A model generated the notes under the pieces. That model had not been told where the DNA came from. It saw nothing but the letters and a program-made list of their open reading frames with translations, and ran no database searches. Positions 57,276 to 64,000 of a stretch of 64,000 nucleotides of DNA are shown piece by piece. Position numbers and translations under genes: made by a program. The stretch is from Polyangiaceae bacterium (lineage in GTDB: Bacteria > Myxococcota_A > Polyangia > Polyangiales > Polyangiaceae), in contig JAXLYM010000003.1 in NCBI GenBank assembly GCA_046351455.1, positions 216,364-280,363 of the forward strand. Reading direction: 5' to 3'. Positions within the stretch are counted from its first letter, which is position 1, and every line of letters begins with the position of its first letter.

Positions 57276-57672
57276 GCCTCCTCTTGATTTGCCCTTGCAA
57301 AACGGGCTCGGCGCACGTTTCTTCCGCCTCTGGAAATCAGGAGTGGGCGGGGGGATCCAGATCGACATTTCATTTCGAATACGCACATTGGCGGATTGAC
57401 ATGGAGCCATTGGAGACGCTAAGGTGCCCTCTCCACTGATCGAGGTGCCCCGCGGGTCCCGCGGGAGGCTCTGACAGCCGCTGAGCCCGATTCCAGTGAC
57501 GCATGAAGTTTGGACCGACCTGGCGGCCGGACGTCCGCCGTGGAGGGAGCGGTGCATTCCGCTTCTTTTTACGGCGATCCGGCGCGTCAAGCCGCGACTC
57601 GGGAGAGGTGCGCCCGCCGCGAGCCTGGCCTGCATCGCACTCGACCACTTCCATCCTTGTAAGGAGTCTCCA

Positions 57673-58593
57673 GTGAAGCTTTCCAGCCTGCTCCTCGCGT
57701 GCGTCGCCCTCTCCTCCGTCTCCGTCGTCGCGGTCGGCTGCACAGCCGGTGATCCCGACGACGAGGACGTGGCCGAGATGGGCGGCGTCGAGAAGTCCGA
57801 GACCTTCGCGCCGATCCACAAGATGCCTCTCACCACGGCGAACCACGAGGCCCTCGCCGCCGCCGTCCCGGCCAACGCGCACCTCACGTACTACGGTGGC
57901 CCCGTGATCCAGAAGGTCAACGTGATCCCGGTGTTCTGGACGTCGACGGTGGCGAACCAGACGCAGCTCAACGCCTTCTACAAGGGCGTGACGAACAGCC
58001 CGCACTTCGATCAGCTCGCGGAGTACAACACGGCCTCTCCGGCGCAGACGTTCTCGCGCGGGACGGCGCAGAACGGATATGTCGACGCCGCCTCCACGAC
58101 CAAGATCACGGAGGCGAAGATCCAGGCCGAGCTGACGCGCCTCTTCAACAACAACCTCATCCCGAAGCCGACCGCCAACAACTTCTACGCGGTGCACTTC
58201 CCCAAGAACGTCGGTATCACGGCGAGCGACGGCTCGAAGGCGTGCGTGCAGTTCTGCGCCTTCCACAGCACCTATGTCTACAACGGCCAGAACGTCTATT
58301 ACAGCGTGATGCCGGACGTCTCCAGCACCGGCTGCGCGGGCGGCTGCGGCGGGAGCACGGCCTTCAACAACGAGACGTCGGTCGCCTCGCACGAGCTGAT
58401 CGAGGCCGTGACGGACGCGGCGGTCGGTCTCGCGACGACGTACGCCCCGCCGCTCGCCTGGTACGACCCGAACAACGGAGAGATCGGCGATATCTGCAAT
58501 GGTCTCCAGGGCACGGTCGTCGGCGGCGACGGCGTGACGTACACGGTGCAGAAAGAGTGGTCGAACTCGCGCAACGGCTGCTTCGCGCAGTGA
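57673..58593 (+). CDS. secreted lipoprotein, hypothetical, GTG start after an AAGGAG Shine-Dalgarno sequence
   Basis: It starts VKLSSLLLACVALSSVSVVAVGCTAG (a lipobox). It has an HELIEAVTD segment and a Cys cluster GCAGGCGG. The listed ORF starts at 57496. Confidence 0.5.
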   Translation: MKLSSLLLACVALSSVSVVAVGCTAGDPDDEDVAEMGGVEKSETFAPIHKMPLTTANHEALAAAVPANAHLTYYGGPVIQKVNVIPVFWTSTVANQTQLNAFYKGVTNSPHFDQLAEYNTASPAQTFSRGTAQNGYVDAASTTKITEAKIQAELTRLFNNNLIPKPTANNFYAVHFPKNVGITASDGSKACVQFCAFHSTYVYNGQNVYYSVMPDVSSTGCAGGCGGSTAFNNETSVASHELIEAVTDAAVGLATTYAPPLAWYDPNNGEIGDICNGLQGTVVGGDGVTYTVQKEWSNSRNGCFAQ

Positions 58594-58691
58594 TCGGGAC
58601 TCCCGCTCTCGCGTGAGCGGATCCGCGCCGACGAAGGGGGGCTCTCCAAAGACATGCTGTCTCGCCGGCGGAGGTGTGTTATGGCCTCTTC

Positions 58692-59105
58692 ATGGTGAGA
58701 ACCTCGCTCGTCGTCGCGCTCCTCGGCGCCTTGGGACTGTTTGCGGCGGCGCGCGGCGCTCGGGCCGACGTGGCCGGGCCGCGCGACGTGTGCGAGTTCG
58801 ACGAGAAGACGTGCGCTTCGTGCTGGGAGCCTTACGGCAAGCCGCCCGAGGGCGATCCGGCGTTCAAGACGTGCCAGGAGAGCGCGACGGCCAAGGGCTA
58901 CAAGGAGTCGTGTCGCAATCGCCAGGGCGCCGGCGATAACGTGGTGTTCTGCGCCGAGGGAGCGTCCGCGCAGAAGGTCACGAAGGGCGGCGGCTGCGGC
59001 GGCTGCTCGCTCGGAGAAGGGGCCGCGGAGAACGCGCTGCTCGGCGCCGGTGCGGTGGCGGCGATGCTCGCGGCGCGCCGCCGAAAGAGCCCGCAGCGCA
59101 AGTGA
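58692..59105 (+). CDS. small Cys-containing secreted protein with a MYXO-CTERM-type sorting signal
   Basis: The signal peptide is MVRTSLVVALLGALGLFAAARGARA. It has 8 Cys. The C-terminus is GGGCGGCSLGEGAAENALLGAGAVAAMLAARRRKSPQRK. Confidence 0.5.
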   Translation: MVRTSLVVALLGALGLFAAARGARADVAGPRDVCEFDEKTCASCWEPYGKPPEGDPAFKTCQESATAKGYKESCRNRQGAGDNVVFCAEGASAQKVTKGGGCGGCSLGEGAAENALLGAGAVAAMLAARRRKSPQRK

Positions 59106-59124
59106 TCCGTGCTACGCCGGGTCC

Positions 59125-60582
59125 ATGGCCCACGAGCACGTCGATGTGTTGATCATCGGAGCCGGCCTGTCCGGCGTGGGGGCGGCATGCCACCTCCAGA
59201 TGCGGTGTCCGAACAAGACCTATGCGATCCTCGAAATGCGCGAGGCGATGGGCGGCACCTGGGATCTCTTCCGCTATCCGGGCATCCGCTCCGACTCCGA
59301 CATGTACACGCTCGGCTACGTCTTCCGCCCGTGGACGGAGGCGAAGGCGATCGCGGACGGCCCGTCGATCCTGAAGTACATCAAGGACACGGCGCGCGAT
59401 CATGGGGTCGACTCCAAGATCCGGTATCGCCACCGCGTGATCCGCGCCGAGTGGAGCTCGCGGGACGCCCAGTGGACGGTGGAGGCCGAGCGGACGGACA
59501 CCGGAGAGAAGGTGACGTTGACGAGCAGCTTCGTGTTCGGGTGCACGGGATATTACCGCTACGATGAGGGGTATTCGCCGCGTTTCCCCGGGCAGGAGCG
59601 TTTTCAGGGGCGGCTCGTGCACCCGCAACACTGGCCTTCGGATCTCGATTACACGGGCAAGCGCGTCGTGGTGATCGGCAGCGGCGCGACGGCGGTGACG
59701 CTGGTTCCGGCGATGGCGGAGCGCGCGGCCCACGTGACGATGCTCCAGCGCTCGCCGACGTACGTGCTGTCCTTGCCTTCGCGGGACGCGCTCGCCGACG
59801 TGCTGCGCAAGCGGCTGCCGGAGAAGGCGGTCTATCCGATCGTGCGGTGGAAGAACGTGGCGATGGGCACGCTGATGTACCAGTTCAGCCGGCGCGCGCC
59901 CGACGCGATGAAGAGGCTGCTCCGCAAGGGCGTGAAGAGCATGCTGCCCGAGGGATACGACGTCGACAGGCACTTTCGCCCGACGTACAACCCCTGGGAC
60001 CAGAGGCTCTGTTTCGTGCCGGACGGGGACATGTTCAAGGCCATGTCGAGCGGCAAGGCCGACGTGGTGACGGACAAGATCGCCACGTTCACGGAGAAGG
60101 GCATTCGGCTGGAGTCCGGCGCGGAGCTGGAGGCCGACATCATCGTGACGGCGACGGGCCTGAACCTGCTGGCGCTCGGCGGGATGAAGGTGGTCGTCGA
60201 TGGGCGGGAGATCGATCTCGGGAAGACGGTCGGTTACAAGGGGATGATGCTGAGCGGGGTGCCGAATCTGGCGCTGGCGCTCGGGTATACGAACGCCTCG
60301 TGGACGCTCAAGTGCGATCTGGTGGCGCAGTATGTATGTCGGTTGTTGCGCCACATGGACGAGCATGGGTATCGGAGCGTGACGCCGCGCCCGCCGCCGC
60401 CGGATCTGCCGCTGGAGCCGTTCCTGGATCTGAAGAGCGGCTATGTGCAGCGCTCGCTGGACAAGCTGCCGAAGCAGGGCTCGCGCGCGCCGTGGAAGCT
60501 CTACCAGAGCTACGCGCGCGACGTGCGGATGTTCCGCCACGCCAAGCTCGAAGACGAAGGCGTGGAGTTCTCGCGGGCGTGA
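59125..60582 (+). CDS. flavin-containing monooxygenase (class B FMO / Baeyer-Villiger-type)
   Basis: The FAD-binding GxGxxG is VLIIGAGLSGVGAA. The FMO motif is FRYPGIRSDSDMYTLGY. The NADPH GxGxxA/G is VVVIGSGATAV. The listed ORF starts at 58741. Confidence 0.85.
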   Translation: MAHEHVDVLIIGAGLSGVGAACHLQMRCPNKTYAILEMREAMGGTWDLFRYPGIRSDSDMYTLGYVFRPWTEAKAIADGPSILKYIKDTARDHGVDSKIRYRHRVIRAEWSSRDAQWTVEAERTDTGEKVTLTSSFVFGCTGYYRYDEGYSPRFPGQERFQGRLVHPQHWPSDLDYTGKRVVVIGSGATAVTLVPAMAERAAHVTMLQRSPTYVLSLPSRDALADVLRKRLPEKAVYPIVRWKNVAMGTLMYQFSRRAPDAMKRLLRKGVKSMLPEGYDVDRHFRPTYNPWDQRLCFVPDGDMFKAMSSGKADVVTDKIATFTEKGIRLESGAELEADIIVTATGLNLLALGGMKVVVDGREIDLGKTVGYKGMMLSGVPNLALALGYTNASWTLKCDLVAQYVCRLLRHMDEHGYRSVTPRPPPPDLPLEPFLDLKSGYVQRSLDKLPKQGSRAPWKLYQSYARDVRMFRHAKLEDEGVEFSRA

Positions 60583-60674
60583 CCGGCCCGTGCGGGGGGG
60601 CGTGGATGGATCTGCCGGCGGGCGTGCTGTTCGGGGATGACGAGGAGTCGCCTGCCGCGGACTCCGGAGGGTGA

Positions 60675-61322
60675 TCAGGCGCGGCGGAGGGCGCGGCGGG
60701 CGAGCGCTCCGAGGCCGAGCAGGGCGGCCGCGGCCCACAGCATGTAGATGGTCACTCGCTTGATCACCGTGACCACACAGGCCACCTGAACCAGGCTGTC
60801 GAGGCGCTCCGGGTATTTGCCCACGATGATCGAGAGGAGCACGTTCTCGATGAGATCGGAGCCGTACGCCACGAGGAACACGAGGACCGCGGCCGCCCGA
60901 TATCGACTCTCCGGGCCGAAGTGCTTTCGCAGCAGGACGAGGATGATGAACAGGAAGGTGAGGTTGAACAGGAACGGCGCGAGCGTGTCGAGCGTGAAGG
61001 CGTTGATGATGTAGAAGGTGCGCACGTCGTCGCCGTACTTCGCGATCATCGCGTACGCCTCGTCCGGCGTGTACGTGTTCTTCATGTCGAGCGGCCCCGC
61101 GTCCGGGGAGTGCGCCCGAATGCGCGTGATCGCCCAGGACAAGGGCGCGATCCCGAATACGAGGCTCGCGAGGAAGCCATAGAGGATGTGACGCCCGGTG
61201 GCGTATCGATCCGCGAACGCGGTGAGCCGTTTAAGCATGGCGGCGAGGATACGCCCCCTCGGCGCGCGTGGCGGTTTTTCACGCGGAGCGAAGGCCGGGG
61301 CCGCCACCTCAGCGCTCGTCAC
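60675..61322 (-). CDS. hypothetical integral membrane protein (4-5 TM)
   Basis: The hydrophobic helices are ILYGFLASLVFGIAPLSWAI, LAPFLFNLTFLFIILVLL and AAAVLVFLVAYG. I see no motifs. Confidence 0.45.
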   Translation of the reverse strand: MTSAEVAAPAFAPREKPPRAPRGRILAAMLKRLTAFADRYATGRHILYGFLASLVFGIAPLSWAITRIRAHSPDAGPLDMKNTYTPDEAYAMIAKYGDDVRTFYIINAFTLDTLAPFLFNLTFLFIILVLLRKHFGPESRYRAAAVLVFLVAYGSDLIENVLLSIIVGKYPERLDSLVQVACVVTVIKRVTIYMLWAAAALLGLGALARRALRRA

Positions 61323-61364
61323 GTCTCCCTCGTCGAAGCCTTTTCCGACCGCCCGTTTCGTCAG

Positions 61365-61403
61365 CGGGGGAGTGATACGAGGGGGCGGAGCCCCCTTGTA
61401 AAT
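61365..61403 (-). repeat. copy 5 of the GC-hairpin repeat family, reverse orientation, ~80 nt downstream of the stop of the minus-strand gene 61486..63900
   Basis: cgggggagtgatacgagggggcggagcccccttgtaaat is the reverse complement of the consensus. Confidence 0.8.
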
Positions 61404-61485
61404 CCGACAAAAACGCCGACGAATGCCGAGGTGGGAACCTTCCCCGGATATCGCGCGGCGCTCCGGGCGTGGTCTCTTTGACGCT

Positions 61486-63900
61486 TCAGGAGCCGCCGAG
61501 GCGGCGGCCGAGGTCGGGGACCGTGGCGATCATTCGCTCGGCTGCGTCCTTGTCGGCGAGGAGCAACAAGGCACCATGGAGGCCCGCGCGCGCCGACGAC
61601 GGGGCCTCTCCGCCGCGCGTGCAGCGCTCCGGGAATACGAGGCCGCCCGGCTCGATGGCGTCCGTCGTGTCCTCCGAGATGGGGCCGTACACCTCGATGT
61701 CGCCGGCGCCCACCAGCACGATCGCCGGCAGCGGCGCGCCGTCCTCGATCCACACCTCGCCGGAGCGGAGCGCGCGCACCGTGAAGTCCACCGCGAGCGC
61801 GCGGCGGGTCTCGTCGTCGAGCTCACCGAACGGGCCCATCGTGGCGCCCGCGAGCGCCTGCAGACGGTCCCCGAAGGCCTTCGCGCGCGCCGCGGCCCCC
61901 GGCTGTCCCGCGAACGCTTGATCGAGGATGGCGCGGGACCAGACTGCCACCTTCGCGCCGTCGCCCGCGCCCACGACGCGCACCGCGATGCCCTCGGCGA
62001 GCGAGCCCTTCGCGACGAGCAGCTCGCCCGGTCGCGCCCAGTGCGCCGGCGCGTCGACGATCGTCGCGCACAACGTCGCCATGCCGGAGAGCAGCAGCGC
62101 CGCGCCGAAGCCGGACACCTCTTCATCGGGGCCGAGCTCGACGATCTCCGCCTTCGCGACGAGCATCTCGAGCACCGCGCGCGGCATGCCCTCGAACGCG
62201 TCGACGAGATCGATGCGCGCGCCGTCGAGGCGAACCGCGGTGTCGCCGCTGTCCGGGAACATCGCCTCCAGGTCTTTGGGGAGCTCCAGCGGCATCGGGA
62301 TCGTGGCGCGCATCGACGGGATGTCGACGGGGCGCGCGGGCGGCTCGATCTCCATCACCATCGGCAGCGTCGCGCGGGCCGGATCGAACGCGGGCGTGAA
62401 GCCGGGCGGAGGCTCGGAGAGGGCCGCTTCGGAGAAGAGCTCTTCGTCCTCGGTGGGCGCTTTCGGTCGCACGATCGGCGCCGGCATCACCTTCACGGGA
62501 GGCGCCGATGCGGACTGCGCGGGCGCTGCGGACGCTTCGGCGGGACGTGCGCTCGCTGCAGGCGCGGGCGCATCGGCGGGACGCGCGCTCGCTGCGGGCG
62601 CGGGCGCATCGGCGGGGCGCGCGCTCGCTGCGGGGGCGGGTGGACGGACGGAGGCCGGCGAGGATGCGACGGAGCGCGCGGACGTCGGCGCTGCGGGTGC
62701 CGTGGCCACGCGCACCGGGCCCGTGGAAGCCGCAGGACGAACCGACGGCGGTGATACGGAGGTCGCCGCTGCTGGCGCAGCAGGCGGCGGGATCGATGCC
62801 GGACGGGGCGCCGTCGCGGGCGGCGCGCCGGGGCGAATCGAGGGCGCTCGGGTCGGCGAGCTCACCGGAGGCGCCGCCGATGTGGCCGGGCTCTTCGCGG
62901 GCGGCGTCGCAGCGCTCGCGCTCTTCGCAGATGCAGGCGGCGCAGGAAGCGCTGCGGGGGCGATGCTCTTCGCGGTCGCCGCGGGCCGCGGGATCGTGGG
63001 CGCTCCCGTGCGCGGGAACAACGTGGGCTTGCGTTGCGCGGGCTCGGCAGGCTTCGCGTCCTGCGACGGCATCTCCGCCGTGTCGCCCGCGGGTCGCGCG
63101 GAGGTCGTCTTCATCTCCGCCGTGTCACCCGCAGGTCGCGCGGAGGTCGCCTTCATCTCCGCCGTGTCGCCCGCGGTACGAGCAGAGATCGCCTTTATTT
63201 CCAGGGTATCGGCGCCGCTCGGCTCCTCCGCGGCGGCGCTGGTCGTCGAGGAGGTCTCGTCGGCGGTCGCTGCGGGCGAGTCGTCGCTCACGATGTCGGC
63301 GGACATCAGCACGTCGTCCGCGCTGTCATCGATCGCGGGCGGCGCTGGCTTCGCGACGCTCTCCTGCGTCGTCGCAGCCGCTGGTTTCGTAGCGATTTCC
63401 TGCGTCGTCGCAGCGGCCGGCTTCGCGACGATCTCTTGCGTCGTGCCCGCTCCGCTCTTCGCGGCGATCTCTCCCGTGTCGCCCGCGGAGAGCTTGGCGG
63501 CCGCGTCCACCGTCGCGTGCGCGGCTGCCTTCGCGACCATTTCGCCTGTGAACGTAGGCTTTCGGAGCGGCGGCGCCTTCGCGGCCATCTCGCTCACGGT
63601 CGGCTTCGTCGCGATCTCACCCGTGCTGCTGGCGCTCTTCTGCGCGGGCGGAGGCACCGATTTCGCGGGCACCTCGATCACGCTCGTGAGGCGGCCCGGC
63701 TGCGCCGGCGGCGGAGGAGGCGGCGGCGGCGGCGGTGGCGGCGCCACGACCGGACGCACCGACACGGGCGGCGCGACGGGCGCAGGCGGCGGGGCCGGAG
63801 GAGGCGCGACGCTCGTGGCGCCCGGACCGTTTCGACGCAGCGCCACGGGCAGCGGAGCCGCCGACGTGAACACGTCCTCTTCGTCGTGGATCGAAGGCAT
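61486..63900 (-). CDS. Pro/Ala-rich highly repetitive protein with a C-terminal cyclic-nucleotide-binding-like (Crp/cNMP) domain; the 5' end may extend beyond the window
   Basis: The N-terminus is PPPAPPPAPVAPPVSVRPVVAPPPPPPPPPPPPAQP. Three repeat families follow: (AATTQEI(A/V)(T/A)KP)x3, (DTAEMK(A/T)TSARPAG)x3 and (PAASARPADAPA)x3. The C-terminal region FGELDDETRRALAVDFTVRALRSGEVWIEDGAPLPAIVLVGAGDIEVYG resembles a cNMP-binding beta-roll. Confidence 0.55.
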   Translation of the reverse strand: MPSIHDEEDVFTSAAPLPVALRRNGPGATSVAPPPAPPPAPVAPPVSVRPVVAPPPPPPPPPPPPAQPGRLTSVIEVPAKSVPPPAQKSASSTGEIATKPTVSEMAAKAPPLRKPTFTGEMVAKAAAHATVDAAAKLSAGDTGEIAAKSGAGTTQEIVAKPAAATTQEIATKPAAATTQESVAKPAPPAIDDSADDVLMSADIVSDDSPAATADETSSTTSAAAEEPSGADTLEIKAISARTAGDTAEMKATSARPAGDTAEMKTTSARPAGDTAEMPSQDAKPAEPAQRKPTLFPRTGAPTIPRPAATAKSIAPAALPAPPASAKSASAATPPAKSPATSAAPPVSSPTRAPSIRPGAPPATAPRPASIPPPAAPAAATSVSPPSVRPAASTGPVRVATAPAAPTSARSVASSPASVRPPAPAASARPADAPAPAASARPADAPAPAASARPAEASAAPAQSASAPPVKVMPAPIVRPKAPTEDEELFSEAALSEPPPGFTPAFDPARATLPMVMEIEPPARPVDIPSMRATIPMPLELPKDLEAMFPDSGDTAVRLDGARIDLVDAFEGMPRAVLEMLVAKAEIVELGPDEEVSGFGAALLLSGMATLCATIVDAPAHWARPGELLVAKGSLAEGIAVRVVGAGDGAKVAVWSRAILDQAFAGQPGAAARAKAFGDRLQALAGATMGPFGELDDETRRALAVDFTVRALRSGEVWIEDGAPLPAIVLVGAGDIEVYGPISEDTTDAIEPGGLVFPERCTRGGEAPSSARAGLHGALLLLADKDAAERMIATVPDLGRRLGGS
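62530..62650 (-). repeat. three tandem 33-nt repeats (ggcgggacgtgcgctcgctgcaggcgcgggcgcatc) inside gene 61486..63900; a second array of three 36-nt repeats lies at ~63070..63180
   Basis: The periodicity is directly visible. The repeats encode the PAASARPADAPA and DTAEMKxTSARPAG units. Confidence 0.8.
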
Positions 63901-64000
63901 CCGCGCGCGGAATACGACCACCTCTTCCGGGCCGGCCTTCGGCGCAGGCCGCTCGATCGGCGGCGTCGCGCTCTGATCGTCGGCCCACGGATCCAGGATC

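Noticed and set aside
57280-57310. Possible sigma-54 promoter (TTGATTTGCCCTTGCAA)
   Set aside because: There is no proper TGGCAC-N5-TTGC spacing. I see only a TTGC element without the -24 GG box.

Overview
This is a high-GC (~70%) chromosomal window that looks myxobacterial, most likely Polyangiaceae/Sorangium-like. Three proteins end in MYXO-CTERM-type sorting signals (GCGC, then a hydrophobic helix, then an Arg/Lys cluster). One giant secreted protein carries ~19 tandem 'Myxococcus cysteine-rich repeats'. There is an STK-AAA-TPR kinase and an unusually high density of lipoproteins and Cys-rich secreted proteins. I call ~48 protein-coding genes. I see no rRNA or tRNA, no CRISPR array, and no transposase or integrase. 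Six things stand out. (1) A two-gene module, an ABC-type AAA ATPase (AAA_15/21-like) 4 nt upstream of a small DUF4276-like protein, whose 5' half is clearly lower in GC than its flanks; this is a candidate horizontally acquired abortive-infection/anti-phage system with AbiL/PARIS-like architecture. (2) A full-length bacterial homologue of the eukaryotic major vault protein, co-transcribed with a VWA/DUF2201-type protein whose HExxH motif is degenerate, with a MoxR-type AAA+ ATPase ~3 kb away. (3) A 40-50 nt GC-hairpin repeat family present five times, each time just downstream of a stop codon in the same orientation. (4) A DUF1587/1592/1588-family protein with a CxxCH motif, followed by a DUF1552 protein and a lipoprotein in one operon. 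(5) An exact 32-bp direct repeat bracketing an ECF sigma factor gene, plus an unlisted 57-codon single-TM ORF coupled to it by a GTGA overlap. (6) Several proteins with strongly repetitive, recombination-prone coding DNA. Most long ORFs on the strand opposite to these genes are GC-bias artefacts and are rejected.
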